A stretch of 64,000 bases of DNA. Source: an uncultured Flavobacteriaceae bacterium. GTDB taxonomy: Bacteria; Bacteroidota; Bacteroidia; Flavobacteriales; Flavobacteriaceae. The notes beneath the pieces are model-generated. The model did not search any database, had not been told where the DNA came from, and saw nothing but the letters and a program-made list of their open reading frames with translations. Shown piece by piece: positions 19,367-29,296 of this stretch. Both the position numbers and the translations under genes were made by a program. The stretch covers positions 2,361,271-2,425,270 of the forward strand of contig OX044364.1 of the NCBI GenBank assembly GCA_943846735.1, read 5' to 3'. The stretch's first letter is position 1, and every line of letters begins with the position of its first letter.

Positions 19367-20335
19367 ATGGAAAAAACAGTGATTGACAAGCCGTCTTATG
19401 ATAATTTTGAAACTCCAGTTTTAATAATTTGCTATAATCGAGAAGCGTATATTGAAGCGCAGCTTGATCAGATTAGAAAAGTAAAGCCAGTTAATCTTTT
19501 TATAGCTTGTGATGGTCCAAGAAATAGTTTGGATGCAGTAAAGGTAAAAAAAGTAAGGGAGAGATATTTAAATTTAATTGATTGGGGATGTACTATACAA
19601 ACAAATTTTCAAGAAATTAACCATGGTTGTTTTAAAGGTGTTAAAGGTGCTTTAGATTGGTTCTTTACATATAATAAAGAAGGAATTATTTTAGAAGATG
19701 ACATAATTCCAACAATAGATTTTTTTCTTTTTATGGAGGTAATGTTAAATACCTATCGCGAAAACAATAATGTTTTTTGCATAAGTGGTTGTAATTTAGG
19801 CTATACAACTCCTGACTCTATATTTACTTCAAAAATAATGAATATGTGGGGTTGGGCAACTTGGTCTGATCGGTTTTTTGAAGTTGATTTTAACATATTG
19901 TCTTGGAAAAAAGTATCTAATAAAAGATGGTTTCTTTATAAGAAGTTAAGAAGTACCATTTTTGATTTTGATTGGAATTGGATTGATTATTGGATTTCAA
20001 TTTTTAATGATGCAGTTGAGAATGAACGTTACACAACTTGGGATTATCAGCTTATTTATAATCAAATAGTTTCTGGAAAATTAACGGTATTCCCAGGAGT
20101 AAACTTAGTAAGAAATTTAGGATTTGACGAAGATGCCACTCATACTAAAAACGAGCAACATACCGCATATAACTTAAAAACACATAAATTAAATTGGCCC
20201 ATACAAATTCCCGTAAAATTAAACCCTAATATAGATTTTTATGAAACGGTTTTAAAAGAGCGTTGGGCTTATTATAAGCGACCGAATTGGAAATATTACA
20301 TTGGTCAAATAATAAAAAATTGTTTTAATTATTAG
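19367..20335 (+). CDS. hypothetical protein, GT-A fold nucleotide-sugar transferase-like
   Basis: ..PVLIICYNREAYIEAQLDQIRK..LFIACDGPRN.. and ..IILEDDIIP.. resemble a GnT-I-like GT-A N-terminus. Confidence 0.35.
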   Translation: MEKTVIDKPSYDNFETPVLIICYNREAYIEAQLDQIRKVKPVNLFIACDGPRNSLDAVKVKKVRERYLNLIDWGCTIQTNFQEINHGCFKGVKGALDWFFTYNKEGIILEDDIIPTIDFFLFMEVMLNTYRENNNVFCISGCNLGYTTPDSIFTSKIMNMWGWATWSDRFFEVDFNILSWKKVSNKRWFLYKKLRSTIFDFDWNWIDYWISIFNDAVENERYTTWDYQLIYNQIVSGKLTVFPGVNLVRNLGFDEDATHTKNEQHTAYNLKTHKLNWPIQIPVKLNPNIDFYETVLKERWAYYKRPNWKYYIGQIIKNCFNY

Positions 20336-20340
20336 ATTAA

Positions 20341-21141
20341 ATGCCTAAAATATATCTGTACACAACTTTCTATAAAGAACAAAACAATCTTCGCAAACAA
20401 GAATTGTTGTCTTGTTTCCAAAATAATCTTTCAAACAAAGCAATTTCAAAAATTATAGTTTTTAATGAAGGAGAAAGCATATCGTATTTAGAACCTACTA
20501 AAATAGAAGAGGTATTTATAGATAAACGACCCACCTACCAGGATTTTATAAACTATATCAACACCAACTCAAGCCCAGATGATATTCATATCATCGCAAA
20601 CACAGATATTTATTTTGATACAAACATAAAAGTTTTAAAGCATATAAATTTAAAAGATACTTGTTTGGCTTTATCTAGATGGGATGCCGCAGATACCATA
20701 AAACCAAAACTCTACAACCATAACGATAGCCAAGATGTTTGGGTTTTTAAAGGTCCTATAAAAGAAAATTTAAGTGCAATTTTTCCTTTAGGTGTACCGC
20801 GTTGTGACAACCGTTTGCTGTATGAACTAGAAAAAGCTGAGTATATGGTGCTGAATCCGGCATTTAGTATTAAGTCTTATCATATCCACAAAGGGCAGCG
20901 TGCGTTGGTGTATTCAGAAGATGATAATGTGTATAAAATAGAACCACCGTATCGTTATTTGTATCCTCATAACCTTTACGGGTTTTGGAAAACGCGTTAT
21001 TTTAATTACAAGCACAAAGAGAAATTAGGGGCTTATTGTTACGACATTAAGAAAGTAAATTTTTGGTGGCCAGTGCGCTTACTTAGAAAAATACTAGAAG
21101 TACTCACAAGAAAAAAAATGTCTTTAATAGGGTATAACTAA
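20341..21141 (+). CDS. hypothetical protein of the polysaccharide operon (possible transferase)
   Basis: 266-aa ORF tightly packed in the operon. ..HIIANTDIYFD.. and ..LALSRWD..SQDVWVF..GVPRCDN.. I recognise no family. Confidence 0.3.
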   Translation: MPKIYLYTTFYKEQNNLRKQELLSCFQNNLSNKAISKIIVFNEGESISYLEPTKIEEVFIDKRPTYQDFINYINTNSSPDDIHIIANTDIYFDTNIKVLKHINLKDTCLALSRWDAADTIKPKLYNHNDSQDVWVFKGPIKENLSAIFPLGVPRCDNRLLYELEKAEYMVLNPAFSIKSYHIHKGQRALVYSEDDNVYKIEPPYRYLYPHNLYGFWKTRYFNYKHKEKLGAYCYDIKKVNFWWPVRLLRKILEVLTRKKMSLIGYN

Positions 21142-22133
21142 TGCAAACAGGAACAGAAGCATTTCATATAAAAATTGCTACGGTACCCAAAGGAATCATA
21201 AGGCCCCTTTGGTCCGTCATCATTCCTACCTATAACTGTGCAAACTATCTTAAAGAAACTCTGGCATCTGTTTTAGCACAAGATCCCGGAGAAGCAATAA
21301 TGGAAATTATTGTTGTAGATGACCATTCGACCAAAGACGATCCAGAGGCTGCTGTAAAAGAATTTGGAAACGGTAGGGTTCAGTTTTATAGGCAACCAAA
21401 AAATATAGGAAAAAGTTCTAATTATGCTTTTGGTATTAATCTTTCCAAAGGGCATTATATTCATTTATTACATGGTGACGATACTGTAGAACCAGGATTT
21501 TATAAGACAATAGTAAATTTATTTAAAGAGCATCCAAAAGCCTCAGTAGCATTTTGCCGCTCTAACTATATTAATGCCGATAATCATAAAATAGGTGAGA
21601 CAGAATTACTCATTCCTAAATCAGGAATAATTAATAATTTTTTAGAACGTATTGCTGTTTGGCAACTAATACAGCCACCAAGTATCGTCTTTAAAAGAGA
21701 AGTTTATGAAACTTTAGGAGGCTATGATACCCGGCTAGAGTATATTGAAGACTGGGAGTTTTATGTAAGGGCAGCACTGAATTATAAATTTATTTACAGT
21801 CCAGAAATTTTAGCTAATTACAGAGTTTTTCCAGAAAATTCTTCAAGCAAGTCTGCCAAAGAAGGTAAGCGTGTTAAAACTATTGAGCGAGTCCTATCTA
21901 TTATTGATGCGTACTTGCCACAAAATATAAAAGCAAAGATTAAGATGCTAAGGCACAGAGCGGTATCTATTTATCTTTTAAATTATATTCCAAAGCTTAT
22001 TAAAACTAAAGACACAAAGGGTTTTTTAGTATTTACCAAAGCCTTTTTTAAATATAATAGAAGCCCACAGTTGTTTGGGCGTTGGTTGCGTTTCATTTTT
22101 CAATATAAAAGATTTTTGACGCCTAAAGATTAA
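21141..22133 (+). CDS. glycosyltransferase family 2
   Basis: ..WSVIIPTYNCANYLKETLASVLAQD..IIVVDDHSTKDD.. and ..LLHGDDTV.. Confidence 0.75.
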   Translation: MQTGTEAFHIKIATVPKGIIRPLWSVIIPTYNCANYLKETLASVLAQDPGEAIMEIIVVDDHSTKDDPEAAVKEFGNGRVQFYRQPKNIGKSSNYAFGINLSKGHYIHLLHGDDTVEPGFYKTIVNLFKEHPKASVAFCRSNYINADNHKIGETELLIPKSGIINNFLERIAVWQLIQPPSIVFKREVYETLGGYDTRLEYIEDWEFYVRAALNYKFIYSPEILANYRVFPENSSSKSAKEGKRVKTIERVLSIIDAYLPQNIKAKIKMLRHRAVSIYLLNYIPKLIKTKDTKGFLVFTKAFFKYNRSPQLFGRWLRFIFQYKRFLTPKD

Positions 22134-23173
22134 TGCAATACTATCAAAAAATAGATGGGCTTAGATGTATAGCGATAATTGCTGTTATGGTACATCACAT
22201 AGCAAGCATTTTTAGCACCTATATAGATTGGGGTTATTTTGGTGTAGACTTGTTTTTTGTTATTAGTGGTTTTTTGATTACCTCAATATTATTAAAAACA
22301 AAAGGCTCCTTTAAAACAACGTATATTAATTTTTTAGCAAGACGATCGCTACGTATTTTTCCTTTGTACTATTTTACAATATTTATTTTTGTGATTATCG
22401 GGCATCCTTTGGTATTAGAAAACATAGGATACTTGCTCACCTATACATTCAATTATAGATATCCATTAATTACTCAGGCAAATCCTTTAGGTCATTTTTG
22501 GTCTCTGAGTGTAGAAGAGCAGTACTATTTATTTTGGCCTATTATAGTATTGGCATTGCGCCATCATATAAAAATATTAGTATTTGTTGCACTTGCAATC
22601 ATTACGTTTGCTTACTCCCAAATAGCTTTTAACATTATTCCGTCAATCAGCATATATAATTATGTTGGTCTGCCCGCGCGTATGGGGTCTTTGGGCTTAG
22701 GGTCTATAGGCGCTATGTTTTTTATGTTGCAGTCACAAATCTTGAAATATATCTTACATCATAAGCTTATAGAATACAGTATGTTTGCCCTATGGTTAGT
22801 AGCATTAGTGTTGTTAAAGCCTTTCTTGCTGGGATTAGCATCTGTTTTTATGGTTATGAAAGCGGCTCAAAATTCCTTTCATTTTCAAGGTTTTAACTGG
22901 TTGCTAACCCATAAATTCACTTTATATATTGGTAAAATTTCTTATGGCCTATATGTGTACCATATTATAGTTATTTATTATATGACTCCTTATGTTTTTA
23001 ATCCTATTTGGCATAGTATAAATTTTGAAGCGTTTGGGAAACTTAGTGTTTTACAATACCATTCTTGGTTAATTAAACTACCTCTTTATTTTAGTGTTAC
23101 GATTATTTTGTCAGATCTTTCTTATCGTCATTTTGAAAAACCACTTTTAAAACTAAAAAGATATTTTGTGTAA
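22133..23173 (+). CDS. acyltransferase family 3 (membrane O-acyl/acetyltransferase)
   Basis: ..IDGLRCIAIIAVMVHH.. start, about 10 TM helices, ..FWSLSVEEQYYLFWP.. Confidence 0.75.
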   Translation: MQYYQKIDGLRCIAIIAVMVHHIASIFSTYIDWGYFGVDLFFVISGFLITSILLKTKGSFKTTYINFLARRSLRIFPLYYFTIFIFVIIGHPLVLENIGYLLTYTFNYRYPLITQANPLGHFWSLSVEEQYYLFWPIIVLALRHHIKILVFVALAIITFAYSQIAFNIIPSISIYNYVGLPARMGSLGLGSIGAMFFMLQSQILKYILHHKLIEYSMFALWLVALVLLKPFLLGLASVFMVMKAAQNSFHFQGFNWLLTHKFTLYIGKISYGLYVYHIIVIYYMTPYVFNPIWHSINFEAFGKLSVLQYHSWLIKLPLYFSVTIILSDLSYRHFEKPLLKLKRYFV

Positions 23174-23176
23174 AAT

Positions 23177-24304
23177 ATGGCATCTCAAAAACTTTTAATT
23201 GCCTGGGTATATCATCCTGCCGTTGGGCATTTGGTTGAAGCTTTGCAGGTAGCTGCAAATTATTACAGTGCAAACCCAAAACTTGAAATTCATGTTTTAG
23301 TAAATAGTAAAACACCATTTGTAATAGGGAACTATTGTGAGTTTATATCTAAAGTGCATCCTGTGCAGGTACAACTAGATGGCTTCAATTTAACTTCTTT
23401 TAAAGATATTGAGCAATATGAGTTTGAGTATGTGATTTTCCCAAAACGTTTTAAATACTCTCATCAAGATTTCCCTGAACATTTTTTAAAGGCAAATCAT
23501 TTTTTGCAAGATTATTTTAAACCAAAAATTTGGGGAGGATACAATGACACGCCATCTAAAGATCTAATGGCCTTACAAGAAAACCCATATAGCGGCTTTA
23601 AAATAAAAACACCTAAAAATAAAATAACCTATAATTTACCAGATGCGTCAGGTGCACCCATATTTTCTGTGATGCTAAAAGGCGCTTCTAAGCAAACTAA
23701 GTGGCCCTCACTCAAAACATGGAAGATTATTTTATTACATATCAAGAAGAAATATCCAGAGGCGCTTTTTTTAATTACTGGAGTTTTAGAGGCTCATGGA
23801 AATATACATAATAGCAACTCTCAACTTAAAAATAAAATAGACATTTTCATTACAAGTATTCCGGGAGCAATTAATTGTTATGATATTGGATTAGAAAACC
23901 AGTTGGCAATAATTCAAAGCTCAAACGTTTTTATAGCGCCACATACCGGTTTTGCATTTTTAGCACCTTGTTTGGGCACACCTTGGCTGGCATTATCTGG
24001 AGGAGAGTGGGCAGAGGAGATGCCTGCACAAATGCCTTTTTATAGCGTGTTGCCAGATTGTTATAAGTATCCTTGTAATGGAGGCGATATGAAATTTGAA
24101 TGTAAGGCTCGTGTAAAATTAAAACAACCCATAAAATGTATGTCAAGTATAGATAGTAAATTAGATGATATTCTTCTTGGTATTGAAAAACTCTTGGATA
24201 GACATTATTCCTATGATGCTGCATTTGATGATTATCAAAATTCTGCAATTAGCAATAATGTGAATCTTAAAAAACTATGGCGTGTAGCTAAATATAATAC
24301 ATAA
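23177..24304 (+). CDS. GT9-like (heptosyltransferase-fold) glycosyltransferase, putative
   Basis: C-terminal ..FIAPHTGFAFLAPCLGTPWLALSGG.. resembles the GT9 ..DSGPMHLAAALGTPVVALFG.. block. Confidence 0.4.
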   Translation: MASQKLLIAWVYHPAVGHLVEALQVAANYYSANPKLEIHVLVNSKTPFVIGNYCEFISKVHPVQVQLDGFNLTSFKDIEQYEFEYVIFPKRFKYSHQDFPEHFLKANHFLQDYFKPKIWGGYNDTPSKDLMALQENPYSGFKIKTPKNKITYNLPDASGAPIFSVMLKGASKQTKWPSLKTWKIILLHIKKKYPEALFLITGVLEAHGNIHNSNSQLKNKIDIFITSIPGAINCYDIGLENQLAIIQSSNVFIAPHTGFAFLAPCLGTPWLALSGGEWAEEMPAQMPFYSVLPDCYKYPCNGGDMKFECKARVKLKQPIKCMSSIDSKLDDILLGIEKLLDRHYSYDAAFDDYQNSAISNNVNLKKLWRVAKYNT

Positions 24305-25062
24305 TGAAAAAATTATTTAAGTATTTTAAATCAATACATTATTATAGTATAGGAAAACAACTATTAAACGACAGAATCTATAGAGAGGGTATTAAAAAAA
24401 GTGAGTTAGAATATCTTAAAACACCCAATAGAACAGATATAATAAATTATTTAATCTCTGTTTTAAAGAGAGACACATTTTATCTAGAGATAGGTGTTAG
24501 GAATCCAGAAGATAATTTTAATAAAATTAAAGCAAAAAATAAATATAGTGTAGATCCTGGTTTAGAATTTAAAAGTAATCCAGTCGACTTTCAAATGACC
24601 AGCGATCTTTTTTTTGAAGAATTACGCCAAGGATTAATTTTAGATAAAGATGTAAAGTTTGATGTTATATTTATTGACGGCCTACATCTTGCCGATCAAG
24701 TTGATAAAGATATTATAAATGCCTTAGATTTTATAAAAGATGACGGGTTTATAGTTTTACACGATTGTAATCCACCAACAGAATGGCATGCAAGAGAAAC
24801 TTTTAATTACCATTTTTCACCTGCTGGAGGTTATTGGAATGGGACCACTTGGAAGGCATTTATGAAATGGCGATTTAATGCTGACATACATTCGTGTTGT
24901 ATCAATTCTGATTCTGGCGTTGGAATTTTATCCAAGAATCAATTAATAGGGAATTCCATAGTATCAAAGAATTTATTTTTTGAATTTTCTGAATTAGCAA
25001 ATAACAGAAAAGAACATCTTAACCTTATAAGTTTTGATGATTTAAAAAAAATTTTCTCTTAA
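24304..25062 (+). CDS. class I SAM-dependent methyltransferase, putative
   Basis: ..FYLEIGVRNPEDNF.. and ..DVIFIDGLHLADQVDKDIINALDFIKDDGFIVLHDCNP.. Confidence 0.5.
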   Translation: MKKLFKYFKSIHYYSIGKQLLNDRIYREGIKKSELEYLKTPNRTDIINYLISVLKRDTFYLEIGVRNPEDNFNKIKAKNKYSVDPGLEFKSNPVDFQMTSDLFFEELRQGLILDKDVKFDVIFIDGLHLADQVDKDIINALDFIKDDGFIVLHDCNPPTEWHARETFNYHFSPAGGYWNGTTWKAFMKWRFNADIHSCCINSDSGVGILSKNQLIGNSIVSKNLFFEFSELANNRKEHLNLISFDDLKKIFS

Positions 25063-25120
25063 ATCAAGATTCTTCAAATCATTAAAAATAGAATATCAAC
25101 TAATAGTAAATAAAATACTG

Positions 25121-25993
25121 ATGGCCGCATCACTAATAGTTTCTATCCTAACCACCGTTTACAACCGCGAAAAGTATCTTTCGGCTTGTATAGAGAGCGT
25201 GTTAGCCTCTAGCTACCAAAATTGGGAACTTATCATTGTAGATGATGTATCTACTGATACTTCTTTAGCTATTGCCAAAAGCTATGAGCAAAAAGATGCT
25301 CGTATAAAGGTGTATGTTAACCAAACCAATTTGGGTGATTATCCTAACCGCAACAAGGCGGCATCTTACGCTAAAGGCACATACCTTAAATACCTAGATG
25401 CAGATGATGTAATATACCCTCAAGGTCTAGAAATTATGGTTCATACCATGGAGCAGTTTCCAGAGGCCGCCTTGGGGATCTCTCAAGCGGTAGTAGAAGA
25501 TGTAAAACCCTATCCTTTTGTAATGCAGCCCAAAGAAACTTTTACCCGTGAGTTTTTAATGCGCGGCGTATTAGGGCTTGGTCCAACAGGTACTATAATA
25601 AGGCGAGATGTTTTTGAGAAGCTGGGCGGTTTTACCGGTACTAGATATATAGGCGACACAGAACTGTGGTATAAAATAGCATTAACATATCCTGTGGTTA
25701 AAATGGAAGATGAACTTATATTTTGGCGGCAGCATGATGATCAAGAAATCACAAAAGGGCAGCAAAGTTTTTTTTATCTAGAAAATGCTTTTAAACTCAA
25801 ATTTAACACCTTAAATAAAAAAGAATTACCTCTAGAAGTCCAAGAGCGTCAAGTGGCATTAAAAAAACTTAAAAAAGGTTTTGCTCGCAGAGTTTTACGA
25901 TTAATATTTATCAATAAAGAGCCAAAAAAAGCCTATCAAATTATGAAAGCAACTGGCTTTTCATATATTAAATTATTAAAAGCATTTGGATGA
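25121..25993 (+). CDS. glycosyltransferase family 2
   Basis: ..SILTTVYNREKYLSACIESVLASSYQNWELIIVDDVSTD.. and ..KYLDADDVI.. Confidence 0.75.
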   Translation: MAASLIVSILTTVYNREKYLSACIESVLASSYQNWELIIVDDVSTDTSLAIAKSYEQKDARIKVYVNQTNLGDYPNRNKAASYAKGTYLKYLDADDVIYPQGLEIMVHTMEQFPEAALGISQAVVEDVKPYPFVMQPKETFTREFLMRGVLGLGPTGTIIRRDVFEKLGGFTGTRYIGDTELWYKIALTYPVVKMEDELIFWRQHDDQEITKGQQSFFYLENAFKLKFNTLNKKELPLEVQERQVALKKLKKGFARRVLRLIFINKEPKKAYQIMKATGFSYIKLLKAFG

Positions 25994-26029
25994 TAGCATA
26001 TATTAAACACATTTAAAAAATGAAATATA

Positions 26030-27043
26030 TTGGACCAGCCTGAGAAAGTAAGTGTCATTATAGCCCTCTATAATGCTGAAAAATTTATAGTAGATACATT
26101 GTTTTCCGTTACTAATCAAACTTGGAAAAACATCGAGATTATTGTTGTTAATGACGGATCCAAAGACTCTAGCAGAGAAATGGTTGAAAGACTCAATATT
26201 CCAAATCTAATTTTATTCAATAGAGAAAATTCAGGGCAATGCGCCTCGTCTAATTTTGGACTAAGTAAATCATCAGGTGAATTAATTAAGTTTTTAGATG
26301 CTGATGATATAATAGCTCATGATTGTATAGAGAAAATGGTTTTAAAGTGGAGAGAAAATCCAAACCGCTTAGTTTTTGGACAGTGGCATTACTTTGTGAA
26401 TGATGTAACTCATTTAAAACTATATAATTCTGTAGTTTATAAAGATTATGACAGTGCATTAAATTGGTATGTAGATGTACTCGAAAATGCTGGTGCTATG
26501 TTGGCGGGTTGGATGTGGTTAATACCACGTTCAATACTTAAAAAAGCTGGGGGTTGGGATGAGCGGTTACATTTAATGAATGACTTTGAGTTTTCTACGA
26601 GACTAATTTTAAATTCAGATGGTATTGGTTTTGCTAAAGATGCCCTTCACTATTATAGGAAAGGTCTTGAAAATGCTATGACTTCGTCAATGAATGAAAA
26701 AATAGCCTTATCTATTTATACAGGAGTTAAAAAAGCTCAAGAGAATATTCTAAAGTTTGAAAACACACCACGTATGCGTTTAGCATTTGCAAATCAATTT
26801 CAGAAATGGGTGTATCATTTCTATCCAGAGCATTTAAATATTACCATAAAAATGGAAGAAATTATTCATGAGCTTGGTGGCAGCAATTTAAGTCCAAAAG
26901 GTGGAAGGCTATTTGCAATTTTAAACTTTTTTTTGCCGTGGAAGCGGGTAATGCAAATTCAAAATAGTTTACACAAGACCATATGGAAACCAATATTAAA
27001 ATGGAAACACAAATTGAAATTAAAACAACAGTTTGATTTGTAA
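26030..27043 (+). CDS. glycosyltransferase family 2
   Basis: TTG start. ..VSVIIALYNAEKFIVDTLFSVTNQTWKNIEIIVVNDGSKD.. and ..KFLDADDII.. Confidence 0.75.
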   Translation: MDQPEKVSVIIALYNAEKFIVDTLFSVTNQTWKNIEIIVVNDGSKDSSREMVERLNIPNLILFNRENSGQCASSNFGLSKSSGELIKFLDADDIIAHDCIEKMVLKWRENPNRLVFGQWHYFVNDVTHLKLYNSVVYKDYDSALNWYVDVLENAGAMLAGWMWLIPRSILKKAGGWDERLHLMNDFEFSTRLILNSDGIGFAKDALHYYRKGLENAMTSSMNEKIALSIYTGVKKAQENILKFENTPRMRLAFANQFQKWVYHFYPEHLNITIKMEEIIHELGGSNLSPKGGRLFAILNFFLPWKRVMQIQNSLHKTIWKPILKWKHKLKLKQQFDL

Positions 27044-27054
27044 TCTAAATTAAT

Positions 27055-28077
27055 ATGAAAGATCTTAAACTTCTTTTTGTATACAACAGCGCGCCTATGC
27101 CGCAGACAAGACTAAAAACCTTGTCTGCCTGGAAAACACTGTCTCAAGAGGTTAAGGTACTTTTTGCTTATCCAAAAAATTATAAAAGAACCATTGTAGA
27201 TCGTGTATTGCATAAAATCAAAATGCCAAGAGATGCAAACAATATCAATATAAGTATACGGGAGGCTTGCATCAGTTTTAAACCAGATGTAGTGTTTATT
27301 GTAAAAGGGGTCACCATAAAACCAAGCACTTTAAAGTTTATAAAAGCAAGGGGCATTAAATCTATTTCTTGGTCTAACGATGATATGTTTGCATGGCACA
27401 ATCGGTCGTACTGGTATTCAAAAGGTCTTAAGTATTATGATCTCGTTGTAACTCAGAAATCGTACAACTGTGATAGCCATGAGCTACCGAGTTTGGGCGC
27501 GAAGACCTATTTTCAAAACAAAGCATTTGAACCCACTATCCATAAACCAGTTGATGATTGCAAAGCCTTTGACTGTGTGCATGCCGTAGTGTTTATTGGT
27601 GCTAAAGAGCAAGATCGGTTAGAACACCTTCTGTATCTGGCAGAACATGGAATACAAGTACATATTTATGGGTGGGTGGTAAAAGAACCCAACCCCCTTC
27701 ATGACAATATAATTATTCACGATCGTTTTTTGTACGAAGATGAGTTTTGTGCCGCACTAGGATGTTCAAAAATTGCACTTAATTTTTTAAGAAAAATGAA
27801 CCGAGATCTGCAAACCTCTCGCAGTATAGAAATTCCAGCTGTGAGAGGATTTATGCTTGCCGAGCGCACCGATGAGCACATGCAGTTATTTAAAGAAGGC
27901 AAAGAAGCTGAGTTTTTCTCTTCTAAAGAAGAGCTTCTTGAAAAAGTGAACTATTACCTGCAACATGATCAAGAAAGATTAGCCATTGCCAAGGCTGGTT
28001 ATGAAAGATGTTTTAAAGATAGTTACACTTTTGAAAACAGAATGCAGGGTATTTTAAATAACCTTTTTGATGTCTAA
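27055..28077 (+). CDS. CgeB-like glycosyltransferase (Glyco_trans_1_2-type C-terminus)
   Basis: ..SRSIEIPAVRGFMLAERTDEHMQLFKEGKEAEFFSSKEELLEKVNYYLQHDQERLAIAKAGYERC.. Confidence 0.5.
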   Translation: MKDLKLLFVYNSAPMPQTRLKTLSAWKTLSQEVKVLFAYPKNYKRTIVDRVLHKIKMPRDANNINISIREACISFKPDVVFIVKGVTIKPSTLKFIKARGIKSISWSNDDMFAWHNRSYWYSKGLKYYDLVVTQKSYNCDSHELPSLGAKTYFQNKAFEPTIHKPVDDCKAFDCVHAVVFIGAKEQDRLEHLLYLAEHGIQVHIYGWVVKEPNPLHDNIIIHDRFLYEDEFCAALGCSKIALNFLRKMNRDLQTSRSIEIPAVRGFMLAERTDEHMQLFKEGKEAEFFSSKEELLEKVNYYLQHDQERLAIAKAGYERCFKDSYTFENRMQGILNNLFDV

Positions 28078-29281
28078 AAAAACCATCAATCATATTACCG
28101 TTTTAATATATGCACATCCAGAGTTGTATCCACCAACGCTCTCTGCCATTGAGGAGCTATCTCAAATAGCAGACACCATAGATGTTGTTACCCGCAACAT
28201 GCTAACTTCCAAATGGGAGTATCCAAGTAACGTAAGGGTTAATTATATAAATAAAAAAAAATATGAAGATTTTGAAATAGAGAACATTTCATTTGCTTTG
28301 AAAATAATTCATTTTTTGAAGTTTTTAATAATGAGCCATACACTCATTAGAAAAAATAAATCACAAATAGTATTGGCCTATGACGCAATACCATTGTATG
28401 TGGCGCACCTTTTAAAAGCGACCCTTAAAAAGCAAGATTCACTTTTATGGTATCACAATCATGACGTTACGGATCTAAGTAAGGCAAATTATTTTTCTAT
28501 CATGTCTATAGCATCACGCAAGCAAGATAGAGCAATACAAGATATTAGCATGTTCTCTTTGCCATCAAAGGAGCGGTTAGAATATTTTAAAAACATTCCT
28601 AAAGAAGTTAACCCTATCATAATTCCTAATTACCCACTTAAAAAGGTTTATTCTAAACACTTTAAAAAAGAAATAAAAAACACAAACACCCTCAAGCTTG
28701 TCTATCAAGGCTCAATTGGTAAAGGTCACGGCCTAGAAAGCATTATAAAAATATTAAATCAACCCATTAATAATAAATCGTTAGAGCTTCATCTTGTTGG
28801 AAAAATTAGGGCGCCATACCTTCAGCAGTTAACTGCCTTAGCTAAACAAAACGCTGTGTTGGACCGCTTTGAGTACCATGGTATGAAACCTTTTACACAG
28901 TTACCAGTATTCCTGTCGGGCTTTGACATTGGAATAGCCATACATAAACCGTATAATATTACCTATGCCACGGGAGGTTCAGCATCCAATAAGATCTATG
29001 AATACGCAGCTCTTGGACTACCTGTTTTATTATTTAACAATGAACATTATAAATTGTATCTTCAAAATGCTAGATGGGCATTTTTCACGGACTTAACGAC
29101 TAAATCACTTTTAAACGCATTAAAGTATATGGATATGAATTGGCAAGACATCTCTATTTCAGCAAACAATGATTTTAACAATATTTATAATTTTGAAAAT
29201 GCTTTTTTGGAACTTAGAAATCTTATTTTAAGACATAAAAGAATAGATAATAAAGAGGTTGTATCTCATGGTTTACAGTAA
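28067..29281 (+). CDS. glycosyltransferase (GT-B fold, GT4-like), putative
   Basis: ..LVYQGSIGKGHGLESII.. and ..GGSASNKIYEYAALGLPVLLFN.. Confidence 0.5.
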   Translation: MMSKKTINHITVLIYAHPELYPPTLSAIEELSQIADTIDVVTRNMLTSKWEYPSNVRVNYINKKKYEDFEIENISFALKIIHFLKFLIMSHTLIRKNKSQIVLAYDAIPLYVAHLLKATLKKQDSLLWYHNHDVTDLSKANYFSIMSIASRKQDRAIQDISMFSLPSKERLEYFKNIPKEVNPIIIPNYPLKKVYSKHFKKEIKNTNTLKLVYQGSIGKGHGLESIIKILNQPINNKSLELHLVGKIRAPYLQQLTALAKQNAVLDRFEYHGMKPFTQLPVFLSGFDIGIAIHKPYNITYATGGSASNKIYEYAALGLPVLLFNNEHYKLYLQNARWAFFTDLTTKSLLNALKYMDMNWQDISISANNDFNNIYNFENAFLELRNLILRHKRIDNKEVVSHGLQ

Positions 29282-29296
29282 AGAAGTAAGGTTATT

